From: Faecalibaculum rodentium
GTDB taxonomy: Bacteria; Bacillota_I; Bacilli_A; Erysipelotrichales; Erysipelotrichaceae
Direction of reading: 5' to 3'
NCBI RefSeq assembly: GCF_001564455.1
Contig: NZ_CP011391.1
Span: 1,050,001-1,082,000 of the forward strand
Length of the DNA stretch: 32,000 nt
Shown here: positions 7,969 through 16,246 of the stretch, in pieces
Layout: each line of letters opens with the position of its first letter
How positions within the stretch are numbered: position 1 is the first letter of the stretch
Made by a program: the position numbers and the translations under genes
The notes under the pieces: model-generated
What the model was told of the DNA's origin: nothing
Database searches by the model: none
The model's input: only the letters and a program-made list of their open reading frames with translations

Positions 7969-8157
7969 ATGAAAAAAACAGAAACTGGTCATCTGAAATC
8001 CGCAGAGTTGCTTCTGTATGCTCTGATTCTCCTGAAACCGGTCCTGCAGCATCTGTTTACAGGGACTTCATTTATGCAGTGTCTCTATGATTTGTACATA
8101 TCGGTCATCGTTGTACTGTTCATCTATTGCCTGTTCCGGATCTTCCAGAACAGATAA
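7969..8157 (+). CDS. Small two-TM membrane protein (about 62 aa)
   Basis: MKKTETGHLKSAELLLYALILLKPVL...VIVVLFIYCLFRIF. The start is ambiguous (GTG 7954 or ATG 7969), with GAGGTG upstream. The bidirectional terminator follows. Confidence 0.4.
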   Translation: MKKTETGHLKSAELLLYALILLKPVLQHLFTGTSFMQCLYDLYISVIVVLFIYCLFRIFQNR

Positions 8158-8185
8158 GCCTCACAATTCAGCCATCAACGGCATC

Positions 8186-8221
8186 AAAAACCCCGGACCT
8201 CACGAAAGACCCGGGGTTTTC
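8186..8221. terminator. Bidirectional terminator between the small membrane ORF (+) and apbE (-)
   Basis: AAAAACCCCGG ... CCGGGGTTTT hairpin with A-tract and T-tract on either side. Confidence 0.6.
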
Positions 8222-8236
8222 TGGCTCAAAACACTG

Positions 8237-9352
8237 TCAGCCCTGGCTGGAAAGCCGGATGACATCCTGCAGTCCATCGGATACATAGACATCATAGAGG
8301 CTGGTCGTATACGTCGGCTTCACGCCGGTGTCTTCGCCTTTGTCCGTGATCCATACGGCTTCAATGCCGTTTTTTTCTGCATACTCCATGCTTTCCTTCA
8401 CCGGCATCAGAAACAGCGTTGTGCTGTTGGCATCCGCGGCTTCCGACTGATCGGCGGGACCGATCACAGTCACCGACCGCATCCACGTTACAGGATAGCC
8501 GGTGTCCGGGTCCACGATGTGGGAATAGCGTTTGCCATCCACTTCAAAGTACCGCTGATAGTCGCCGCTGGTCACCATGGTCACAGGATCCTTTGTGACC
8601 AGCTGCACCACAGATCCGGATTCATCCGGGGACTGAATGCCGATCACCCAGTCCTTGCCGTCAGGTTTTTCCCCCAGCAGCACTACATTGCCGCCGGCGT
8701 TGATGTAGCCGTTGTCCAGCCCTTCCTCATGCAGTTTTTCTGCTGCCACTCCGGCTGTGAAACCCTTGGCAATGGCACCCAGGTCCAGCTGCACGGTGTC
8801 GTCCTTGAAGGAGACTTCGTTCCCGCTGATTTCAATGCCTTCCAGACCGGTGTGCACTTTCGCAGCCTGAATGTCTTTGTCGTCAGGCACATACGGTGTT
8901 TCGGCTTCTCTTGCGTCATGCCACAGGGAGAGGACCTTTCCTTCGGTAATGTCAAACTTGGGATTCTTCTCCATATAGTCCATGGAATCCTCCAGCAGCT
9001 GCAGGAGGGCATCATCCACTTTGACGGGATTCTTTGCTGCCTGCTGATTCAGGGTATAGACACCGTTGACGCCTTCATGCTGTGAATACTGGTCGAAGTA
9101 GGCATCGTACTGCAGGAAGGTGTCGGATACGATTTTCGTGTACTTGTCGAAGTCTTCCTCGCTGCAGGTGGCCTGCAGCGTGACCGGGGTGTCGAACCCC
9201 ACGTCTGTCAATGTGACCTGGCGTTCCTGCACCGCAGATCCTCCGCGGTTCTGGACAAAGAAGACCACGGCTGCGATCAGCACCAGGAAAGCTGCCGAAA
9301 GCAGGAGCCACCATTTCATGCCGGTTTTTGTCTTGTGTTTCGTATTGCTCAT
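8237..9352 (-). CDS. apbE: FAD:protein FMN transferase (ApbE/Ftp family), membrane anchored
   Basis: GAIAKGF, YINAGGN, SGDYQRYF and HIVDPDTG motifs are characteristic of ApbE. N-terminal TM helix WWLLLSAAFLVLIAAVVFFV. The start was trimmed from 9550 to ATG 9352 (MSNTKHK); ATG 9319 is an alternative. Confidence 0.85.
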   Translation of the reverse strand: MSNTKHKTKTGMKWWLLLSAAFLVLIAAVVFFVQNRGGSAVQERQVTLTDVGFDTPVTLQATCSEEDFDKYTKIVSDTFLQYDAYFDQYSQHEGVNGVYTLNQQAAKNPVKVDDALLQLLEDSMDYMEKNPKFDITEGKVLSLWHDAREAETPYVPDDKDIQAAKVHTGLEGIEISGNEVSFKDDTVQLDLGAIAKGFTAGVAAEKLHEEGLDNGYINAGGNVVLLGEKPDGKDWVIGIQSPDESGSVVQLVTKDPVTMVTSGDYQRYFEVDGKRYSHIVDPDTGYPVTWMRSVTVIGPADQSEAADANSTTLFLMPVKESMEYAEKNGIEAVWITDKGEDTGVKPTYTTSLYDVYVSDGLQDVIRLSSQG

Positions 9353-9358
9353 GGACCC

Positions 9359-9387
9359 ATTATAGAAAGGTGTATGCCGGGCCGCAA
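9359..9387 (-). promoter_or_regulatory. Candidate sigma-A promoter giving a leaderless or near-leaderless apbE mRNA
   Basis: On the minus strand: TTGCGG, 17 nt, TATAAT, 6 nt, then ATG(9352). No SD is present before either candidate start. Confidence 0.3.
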
Positions 9388-9577
9388 AGACGATGCCATG
9401 GTGTGTGCCACCCAGCGGTGGTATGCAACCGCTGAGAGCCCTGTCATCGCCGGTAATGACTCCCGGGTGGCCGGCACCGGCAGCAAAGACGGTAGGCAAG
9501 AGCAGATTCTGGACTGGAATGTTTTGTGGAATATGACACAAATCCGTCATTTCGTTGCAAATGCGGGATGCCTGCCT

Positions 9578-9632
9578 CAGTTTGTGACTGTCCGCGATAA
9601 AAAGACGCCGCTTTCACAAACTGTGGTATGAT
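9578..9632 (+). promoter_or_regulatory. rnf promoter region: 10-bp perfect inverted repeat plus extended -10
   Basis: CAGTTTGTGA (9578-9587) and TCACAAACTG (9614-9623) are separated by 26 nt. TGgTATGAT (9624-9632) follows immediately, about 30 nt before the rnfC start. Confidence 0.4.
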
Positions 9633-9662
9633 TGTGTACGGATTTAATGGAGGAAAGCGACT

Positions 9663-10955
9663 ATGTCACTGTTTTTGGGACCTATGTGCCAGCACATCCC
9701 TGGCCATAAGTCAATGACAGACAAGGGACAGGTACTGGATCTGCAGCCGGCGAAGGAAGTCTATATTCCGCTGGTGGCTGGCGCCAATACAAATTTTGAA
9801 ATCCTCGTCGAAGAAGGCCAGACGGTAGCCATTGGCACAAAGCTGGCTGAAACAAAGACGGGATTTTATGTTCCTGTCTATTCCAGTGTGTCCGGTGTGT
9901 ATAAGGGAACGGTGAAGCGCATGCATTCATCAATGCGTCCCCAGATGCATATGGTGATCGAGCTTGATGGGAAGCAGACAAAGACTCAGGCCTTTGCACC
10001 CATCGACTGGATGACCGCGGGCAGGGAAGACCTGGTGGAATTCGCAAAGCAGGCAGGCCTGATCGGTCTGGGCGGTGCGGGTTTCCCGACGTATGTCAAA
10101 TACGGCAATCCGTCGGGAATCACCACGGTGCTGATCAATGCTGTGGAGTGTGAGCCGTACATCACGTCAGATTACATGCAGGCCATGGCCGATCCCGCGG
10201 ATCTCATTGAAGGCGCGCGGATCATGGGCAAAATGGCGGGTGTCACGGATGTGCGGATCTGCATCAAGAAAAGCCACCCGGATCTGATTTCGAAGATCGA
10301 ACAGGCGTCTGCGGGAACGGAAGTCACCGTGGTGCCTGTACCGGATGTGTATCCCATGGGATGGGAACGTGTTCTGGTGCGGGAAGTGCTGCACAAGGAA
10401 TACGACAAGCTTCCGGCGGAGGCAGGCGCCATTGTCAACAATGCTGGAACAGCCATTGAACTGGCGAAGATGGTGAAAAACGGAGAAGCGCTGGAAACTA
10501 AGGTCGTGACTGTCTCCGGTGAAGCCGTGGACAAGCCCTGCAATGTGCGGGTGCCTGTGGGTATGCCTGTGGAAGAAATCCTGGACCACCTTGGACTCAA
10601 GGGGGACGAAGTCATTCTCTGTGCGGGTGGACCCATGATGGGCAAGGCCATTCCCAACAACAAGTTTGTCATCGACCGGGCCATGAACGCGCTGACAGTG
10701 CTGCCGGTGAATCCGGTGCCTGCCATTGCGTGTCTGCGCTGCGGCAGCTGCTCGGATCACTGTCCGGCCGGTCTGCAGCCCGTGCGGATTGCCAATGCCC
10801 TGAAGATGGGGGATGCAGTGCTCATGGAAAAACTGGGCGCTCTGTCCTGCATTGAGTGCGGTATGTGCACCTATGTCTGCCCGTCGAGGATCGATGTCAC
10901 GGAAAACGTCCGCAAGGCGAAACGCACGATCCAGATGAAGAGCAGGAAGAAGTAG
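9663..10955 (+). CDS. rnfC: Rnf complex subunit C (NADH/FMN-binding, two 4Fe-4S motifs)
   Basis: GLGGAGFPT nucleotide/FMN motif; CLRCGSCSDHCP and CIECGMCTYVCP ferredoxin-type clusters; GGAGG RBS 9 nt upstream. Confidence 0.92.
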   Translation: MSLFLGPMCQHIPGHKSMTDKGQVLDLQPAKEVYIPLVAGANTNFEILVEEGQTVAIGTKLAETKTGFYVPVYSSVSGVYKGTVKRMHSSMRPQMHMVIELDGKQTKTQAFAPIDWMTAGREDLVEFAKQAGLIGLGGAGFPTYVKYGNPSGITTVLINAVECEPYITSDYMQAMADPADLIEGARIMGKMAGVTDVRICIKKSHPDLISKIEQASAGTEVTVVPVPDVYPMGWERVLVREVLHKEYDKLPAEAGAIVNNAGTAIELAKMVKNGEALETKVVTVSGEAVDKPCNVRVPVGMPVEEILDHLGLKGDEVILCAGGPMMGKAIPNNKFVIDRAMNALTVLPVNPVPAIACLRCGSCSDHCPAGLQPVRIANALKMGDAVLMEKLGALSCIECGMCTYVCPSRIDVTENVRKAKRTIQMKSRKK

Positions 10956-10965
10956 GAGGTCCAAC

Positions 10966-12225
10966 GTGAAGTATGTATTTCATGTCAGTCCCAACATCAA
11001 GGGAAGACTGACAACCCACAACATCATGCGGGACCTCATGATTGCCCTGGCGGCAGTCTTTGTATGTTCCCTGGTGTATTACGGTTCTGCCTATGGCATG
11101 GCCACAGCCCTGCACGAAGTGGTGCTGCTGGCTGCCTCGCTGGTGACCACCTATATCTGTGAGTTCCTGTATGCGAAGGCCACAAAGCAGGACCCCAAAA
11201 CATTCATCAAAAACAGCTTCGGCTGTGTGACAGCTCTGATCCTGACCATGATGTGCACGGTCAACGTCACGGTCTATGCGATCATCATCGCAACTGTGTT
11301 TGCGATTGTGTTCGGCCGGCTGCTCTTCGGCGGCTTCGGCCAGAATATCTTCAACCCCGCGGCTGTTGGCCGTGCTGTGATCTTTGCCGCCTTCACAGGC
11401 GCCAGCACGGATCTGCTCACCAGTGCCACACCGGTTTCGGAAATTGCCACCAGCTATCACTGGCTGCCGGCCAACGCCGAAATGGTGGACACATTTGTGG
11501 ACGGCTTCGGCGGCTGGACCAGCATGCTGCTGGGAACCCATGGGGGTGCAATCGGCGAAACGTTCATTCTGGCGATCCTGATTGCCGGTGCGTTCCTGAT
11601 CTGGCGGCATGTCATTGACTGGCGGATCCCGACGGTCTACTTTGGCGTCATTGCGGTCCTGACGGCGCTGATAGCCATCCTGACCGGGCTGGAATCCTAC
11701 AATGGCATTCCCGCCTGGCTGTGGTATCCCGCGATCCACCTGCTGACAGGCGGCGTGGTTTTCGGCGGTGTGTTCATGCTGACAGATCCCGTCACGAACC
11801 CGACCAGTCCCGCAGGCCGCGTGATTTTTGCCACCGGTGCTGCAGTGCTGACGGTTCTGATCCGCCTGAAGGCCAACCTGCCGGAGGGCTGCCTGTATTC
11901 CATCCTGCTGATGAACATGTTCACGCCCATGATTGAACAGGCGCTGGACGGCAAGCAGCTGCAGATGGTGAACAAGGCCCGGATCATTGCCGGTGTGCTG
12001 CTGGTTCTGGGTCTGGCGTCCTGCTTCTATGTATCGGCTACAGTGGAACCCGTTGCGAGCCTGAAGTCCTCCGCCACCAGTGCAGCCACAACCGCTGCCA
12101 CCGGTGAAGGAGAAAGCGGTGACGAGGAACATGCTTCCACAGAAGCCACAGCAGGCGGTGAAGGCGAAGGGGATGCAGAGCATGCGTCCACAGAAGCCAC
12201 TGAAGGAACGGAGGATGCTGAATAA
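10966..12225 (+). CDS. rnfD: Rnf complex subunit D with an atypical 86-aa C-terminal extension
   Basis: Polytopic NqrB/RnfD-like protein (FGGFGQNIFNPA, TSATPV flavinylation-type site, MLTDPVT). GTG start with AGGAGG RBS. The extension from codon 334 (nt 11965) is not part of canonical RnfD. Confidence 0.9.
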   Translation: MKYVFHVSPNIKGRLTTHNIMRDLMIALAAVFVCSLVYYGSAYGMATALHEVVLLAASLVTTYICEFLYAKATKQDPKTFIKNSFGCVTALILTMMCTVNVTVYAIIIATVFAIVFGRLLFGGFGQNIFNPAAVGRAVIFAAFTGASTDLLTSATPVSEIATSYHWLPANAEMVDTFVDGFGGWTSMLLGTHGGAIGETFILAILIAGAFLIWRHVIDWRIPTVYFGVIAVLTALIAILTGLESYNGIPAWLWYPAIHLLTGGVVFGGVFMLTDPVTNPTSPAGRVIFATGAAVLTVLIRLKANLPEGCLYSILLMNMFTPMIEQALDGKQLQMVNKARIIAGVLLVLGLASCFYVSATVEPVASLKSSATSAATTAATGEGESGDEEHASTEATAGGEGEGDAEHASTEATEGTEDAE

Positions 12226-12734
12226 TGAAAAAGATCCTTCATCTGACGCTGTTCCTGGCCATTGTCTCTGCCCTGGCAGGCGGTGCCCTGGCCTGGGCCA
12301 ACAACATGACGGCTCCCGTCATTCAGGCCAACAAGGAACGGGAAGAAAAACAGATCCTGCTGGAGATGTATCCGGATGCCCACGTGGATGATTTCCAGAT
12401 CGTGGACTACACCTCGGATGATCCCGATGTGCAGAAGATCTACGCCTATGGCGAAAACTATATCTTCAATATGCAGGTCAAGGGCTACAAGGACGGCACG
12501 AACTTCCTGGTGGCCATCAACAAGGATGACCTGACAATCACGAAGTTCCAGGCGATTTCCAACGGCGACACCAAGGGAATCGGCTCGAAGATCACAGAAC
12601 CGGCGTTTGCGGAGTCTGTCACCGGCAAGGATGCCGGCGGCGAGCTGGATACCATTTCCGGCGCGACTGTGACCAGCACCCCGGTTGTGGAAGGCATCCA
12701 CAAGGCGGCAGACATTGTCGCCCAGCTGGATTAG
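12225..12734 (+). CDS. rnfG: Rnf complex subunit G (FMN-binding domain)
   Basis: N-terminal TM helix plus FMN_bind domain with the covalent flavinylation motif DTISGATVTS. TAATG overlap with rnfD. Confidence 0.92.
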   Translation: MKKILHLTLFLAIVSALAGGALAWANNMTAPVIQANKEREEKQILLEMYPDAHVDDFQIVDYTSDDPDVQKIYAYGENYIFNMQVKGYKDGTNFLVAINKDDLTITKFQAISNGDTKGIGSKITEPAFAESVTGKDAGGELDTISGATVTSTPVVEGIHKAADIVAQLD

Positions 12735-12744
12735 GAGGCAGGGC

Positions 12745-13422
12745 ATGACTCGAATGCAGAATTTCAAGGCCGGGCTTCTGAAAGACAACCCGGTATTCTC
12801 CCTGTATCTGGGCATCTGCTCCACCCTGGCGATCACCACGACGGTGAACAACGCCATCGGCATGGGCGCAGCTGTCATCATGGTGCTGATCATTTCCAAT
12901 GTGATCATTTCCGCGATCCGGAAAATTGTTCCCGATGACATCCGGATCCCTGTCTATATCGTGATCATTGCGACCCTGGTAAAAATCATCCAGATGCTGA
13001 TTGAAGCCTATGCTCCGGCGCTGAACACCTCTCTGGGCGTGTTTATCCCGCTGATCGTCGTCAACTGCATCATCCTGGGGCGCGCTGAAGCGTTTGCTTC
13101 CAAGAACGGCATCATGGATTCCGCGCTGGACGGCCTGGGCATGGGTCTGGGCTATACCCTGGCGGTTCTGGCCATGGCCTTCATCCGTGAGGTGCTGGCC
13201 ACGGGTATGCTGAACATCGTGAACCCCTTCGACGAAGCACAGGTTCTCCTGAATGTGACGCTGATTCCGGAGGAATACACCATCGGACTGTTCAACTCCC
13301 CGGTCGGTGCGTTCATCACCTTCGCATGTCTGGCTGCAGCCCTGACTGCCTACAAGACACATGCAGAGGAAAAGGCCGCTGCGAAAGCGGCCGAGCTCAA
13401 GGAGGTAAAGCAGAATGGCTGA
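12745..13422 (+). CDS. rnfE: Rnf complex subunit E
   Basis: NqrD/RnfE-type polytopic protein (NPVFSLYLGICSTLAITT, VFIPLIVVNCIILGRAEAFA). The start was moved from 12685 to ATG 12745, which follows AGGAGG. Confidence 0.92.
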   Translation: MTRMQNFKAGLLKDNPVFSLYLGICSTLAITTTVNNAIGMGAAVIMVLIISNVIISAIRKIVPDDIRIPVYIVIIATLVKIIQMLIEAYAPALNTSLGVFIPLIVVNCIILGRAEAFASKNGIMDSALDGLGMGLGYTLAVLAMAFIREVLATGMLNIVNPFDEAQVLLNVTLIPEEYTIGLFNSPVGAFITFACLAAALTAYKTHAEEKAAAKAAELKEVKQNG

Positions 13423-13990
13423 GTTTGCAGCACTGTTTGTCACCAGTGTCCTGATCAACAACGTGGTCCTGAACCAGTTCCTGGGCATGTGCCCGTTCAT
13501 GGGTGTATCCCGCAAACGGAGTTCCGCCCTGGGCATGGGCATTGCGGTCATGTTCGTCATCGTTGTGGCGGCTCTGGTCACCTATGGACTCTACTATTTT
13601 GTCCTGGTGCCCCTGCAGCTGGAGTACATGGACCTGATCACCTTCATTCTCGTCATTGCATCCCTGGTGCAGCTGACGGAGATGTTCATCAAGAAAACCA
13701 GCCCTGCCCTGTACAAGTCCCTGGGTGTGTACCTGCCGCTGATCACCACCAACTGCGTGGTCCTGAACGTGTGCCTGGTCAACATCACTAGTGCGTACAA
13801 CTTTTCGCAGATGCTGGCGTATTCCATTGGCACACCTCTGGGTTTTGCTCTGGTGCTGTATATTTTCTCGGCGATTCGTGAACGTCTGGAGATTTCCAGT
13901 GTACCGAAACCCTTTGCAGGCAACCCGATTGCCATGATCGTGGCCGCCATCATGGCCATGGCCTTCTCGGCTTTCGCTGGTCTGGTATGA
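13415..13990 (+). CDS. rnfA: Rnf complex subunit A
   Basis: NqrE/RnfA-type protein (NNVVLNQFLGMCPFMGVS, VYLPLITTNCVVLNV). AGGAGG RBS; overlaps the rnfE end. Confidence 0.92.
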   Translation: MAEFAALFVTSVLINNVVLNQFLGMCPFMGVSRKRSSALGMGIAVMFVIVVAALVTYGLYYFVLVPLQLEYMDLITFILVIASLVQLTEMFIKKTSPALYKSLGVYLPLITTNCVVLNVCLVNITSAYNFSQMLAYSIGTPLGFALVLYIFSAIRERLEISSVPKPFAGNPIAMIVAAIMAMAFSAFAGLV

Positions 13991-14172
13991 ACAAGGTTCT
14001 GCTGGCCATCCTGTTTTTCGGGGCGCTGGTGGCGATCTACATCGTTCTGTTCCTGCTGAACAAAAAGACCCCGCTGCCGGAAGGCTGCGAGAATCTGAAG
14101 GCTGACTGTGAAGCCTGTCACGATATTCACTGCATCAACAATCCGGGTCATGGCAGGCATCCTGAGTCCTGA
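13987..14172 (+). CDS. 61-aa membrane protein with a C-terminal four-Cys cluster, inserted between rnfA and rnfB
   Basis: ATGA overlap with the rnfA stop suggests translational coupling. One TM helix (VLLAILFFGALVAIYIVLFLL), then C-x6-C-x2-C-x4-C (CENLKADCEACHDIHC). The architecture resembles small Cys-rich membrane proteins such as FeoB-associated ones. Confidence 0.6.
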   Translation: MNKVLLAILFFGALVAIYIVLFLLNKKTPLPEGCENLKADCEACHDIHCINNPGHGRHPES

Positions 14173-14198
14173 CAGACTGCCGGAATGAGGAGAATAAA

Positions 14199-14504
14199 AT
14201 GCTGAATGCGATTCTGATGATGCTGGTCCTGGGGGCCCTGCTGGGTCTGGGCCTGGGTCTTGCCAGCAAGTTCCTGCATGTCCAGCCCGATGAGCGGGTG
14301 GACACAGTGGCCGGCATGCTGCCGGGTTACAACTGCGGCGGCTGCGGCTACCCCGGATGCAGCGGCTTTGCATCCGCAATGGTGGAAGGCGACACAGACG
14401 AATTCAAGTGCCGTCCCTGCAAGGCTGACAAGAAAAAGGAAATCATCGATTACCTGAAAAACACGCCAGGTCCCGACGGCAAGACCGTCACGATCAAAGG
14501 GTAG
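14199..14504 (+). CDS. rnfB: Short RnfB: N-terminal membrane anchor plus a single Fe-S domain, lacking the ferredoxin-type 2x[4Fe-4S] module
   Basis: MLNAILMMLVLGALLGLGLGLASKF anchor, then LPGYNCGGCGYPGCSGFA...KCRPC, the RnfB N-domain signature. The ORF stops after 101 aa and a strong terminator follows. No CxxCxxCxxxCP motif is present. Confidence 0.8.
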   Translation: MLNAILMMLVLGALLGLGLGLASKFLHVQPDERVDTVAGMLPGYNCGGCGYPGCSGFASAMVEGDTDEFKCRPCKADKKKEIIDYLKNTPGPDGKTVTIKG

Positions 14505-14506
14505 TG

Positions 14507-14544
14507 AAAACCGGATTCTGCCATGTGCAGGATCCGGTTTTTTA
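14507..14544 (+). terminator. rnf operon terminator
   Basis: CCGGATTCTG (14511-14520) pairs with CAGGATCCGG (14528-14537, one G-U), flanked by AAAA and TTTTTT. Confidence 0.75.
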
Positions 14545-14680
14545 AAAGATAAAAACAAAATAATACATTACCATAACTGGATAATCAATTTATAAATATG
14601 TAATAGCAATTAGATGAAAAATATCTGAAAGAAAGAAAGTAAGCCTTCACGTATTGACTGGGACATGTTAGTCTTTGATT

Positions 14681-14694
14681 AGATAAGCTTATCT
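14681..14694. promoter_or_regulatory. Perfect 14-bp palindrome AGATAAGCTTATCT just upstream of the RBS of the first island gene
   Basis: Read directly. It lies 16 nt before ATG 14710, and a TTGACT hexamer sits at 14654-14659. Confidence 0.3.
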
Positions 14695-14709
14695 GAAAGA
14701 GGTGAAAAT

Positions 14710-15333
14710 ATGAAAAGGCTTATAATTTGTGCAATGCTTCTCGTTAATTTGTTTGTGACTCCAATGTATGCTAAAGAATCCGTAGATGAGATTCCAGCGG
14801 GATATATGCATATCGAGAATGTCGGCCAAGATGATTCGGTTGAAGTCTTCACGAATGGTCAAGGCGAGTATTTAGCCATAGCTGACCATATTCCATCCAA
14901 TGGATCGCTGGTTTTGTACGATGATGGTAGAGATAAAGTATGGCTCGATATAGAGAATGATTATAATGAAAATTCTATCATCACGTATGGCGATTCTGGA
15001 TGGAGTGGTGGAAGCCTTCCTACAGGAACTAGTATTCTTACCCCTCATCATTTTAACGGATATATTACTTACTCCTATCAGGTTTCGGTGACTTGCTACC
15101 CTCCAAAGATCAATTATGCTGTAAATCCTAGTGTAACAGGAGCGTTGATTTCTCTTTCAAATGTTAGTTTGTCCGTCCCTTCAAACACAACAACGGGTGG
15201 CAGATACGCTGTCGCAAGTATGACTTTTGATTGTTTATACAACGAGGATGGTTGGACTGGGGGATCTCGTAGTTTCTACTTGACCACAAATATTAATTCT
15301 TCGGGTAAAACTTTGATTCAGTGGAGAGAATGA
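14710..15333 (+). CDS. Secreted protein of unknown function (207 aa), low-GC gene
   Basis: Signal peptide MKRLIICAMLLVNLFVTPMYA; AGAGGTG RBS. The mature part is rich in S/T/G/N/Y, looks beta-rich, and matches no family I recognise. Confidence 0.7.
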   Translation: MKRLIICAMLLVNLFVTPMYAKESVDEIPAGYMHIENVGQDDSVEVFTNGQGEYLAIADHIPSNGSLVLYDDGRDKVWLDIENDYNENSIITYGDSGWSGGSLPTGTSILTPHHFNGYITYSYQVSVTCYPPKINYAVNPSVTGALISLSNVSLSVPSNTTTGGRYAVASMTFDCLYNEDGWTGGSRSFYLTTNINSSGKTLIQWRE

Positions 15334-15334
15334 T

Positions 15335-16054
15335 GTGAATAAAAGCATTAGAATACTTGTATTCGGTATAGCATTTCTAATCGCTGGCTGCAGGGTATCT
15401 TCGATTATTATTGATCCTCATATGTCAGATTCAACGTTACAGTTCCCGGATTCTGATTTATCTGCGCAAACTAGTGAAGATCCACAGAAGGTCTTTGAAC
15501 TGGCACTGTCCAGGACTCTCAGCGGCAATGGTGTGCAGATTCACAACGGTGATCGGACCGAACAGCTGATTTGTAATGACAGTACCTTTTGGCTGATTCA
15601 GGAGGAGGAAGAGACCTGGTCCTTTGAACGTCAGGCAAACAATGAAAGTCAGATGTTTGGGCTGTTTCGGGACAGCGACAGATGGATCGTTTCACCATCC
15701 CTGACCACCCATGACCTGACTGATCAGGATATCTCCCGGTATCTCAACGATACAGACAGGCTGCGGCTGCAGCTGAAAACGTTCCTGTTCCCGGGACAGA
15801 ATGAAATCCTGTTTGGTCTGCCAGGTGAATGGACATGGGAGGAGGATATGCTTGCCTGCACCAGCGGAGACTATCGGTTCCGGTTTGTCCTGGATGAATC
15901 CGGTGCCATTGAATCGGAAACCATTGAAGGCGGGAATCTGCCGGCTCCGGATCATCTGACCTTCCAGTCGCTGAACGTTCCTGACAGCTATATCCAGTGG
16001 CTCTCGGATCTCTTTGACCAGGCGGAAACTTCCAAAGCGGGTCAGCCGCTGTAA
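15335..16054 (+). CDS. Lipoprotein of unknown function (239 aa)
   Basis: GTG start 1 nt after the upstream stop. Lipobox FLIAGC. Composition changes from AT-rich to GC-rich near nt 15490. Confidence 0.65.
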   Translation: MNKSIRILVFGIAFLIAGCRVSSIIIDPHMSDSTLQFPDSDLSAQTSEDPQKVFELALSRTLSGNGVQIHNGDRTEQLICNDSTFWLIQEEEETWSFERQANNESQMFGLFRDSDRWIVSPSLTTHDLTDQDISRYLNDTDRLRLQLKTFLFPGQNEILFGLPGEWTWEEDMLACTSGDYRFRFVLDESGAIESETIEGGNLPAPDHLTFQSLNVPDSYIQWLSDLFDQAETSKAGQPL

Positions 16055-16246
16055 GCCCTGGAGTTTGAAGCACACCCATATCCAGGCCCTGCCAGCTGTC
16101 CATCAGGACAGCCATCAGCATCCACAGCTGCAGACCGGTACAGATCGTGATGACCTGTGCCGGTCTGTTTTGCCTCTGCCGTTGCACAGAAAGTCTGCCT
16201 GAACCGGAAATGCTTGACAGCATGTCACAAAAACGCAGAAATAACT

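Noticed and set aside
8087-9085. 332-aa plus-strand ORF overlapping apbE
   Set aside because: It is antisense to a gene with clear ApbE motifs. The peptide has biased composition and there is no RBS.
12120-12210. Short tandem DNA repeat at the rnfD 3' end, considered as a possible CRISPR-like or VNTR feature
   Set aside because: There are only two imperfect copies, in frame within a coding region. I interpret it as a protein low-complexity repeat, not an array.
10167-14558. Series of long minus-strand ORFs (10167-10964, 10897-12183, 12027-12941, 12619-13581, 13594-14379, 14148-14558) across the rnf operon
   Set aside because: All are antisense to the rnfC/D/G/E/A/B genes, which have family motifs, RBSs and coupled junctions. 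The antisense peptides are R/H/G/Q-rich nonsense.
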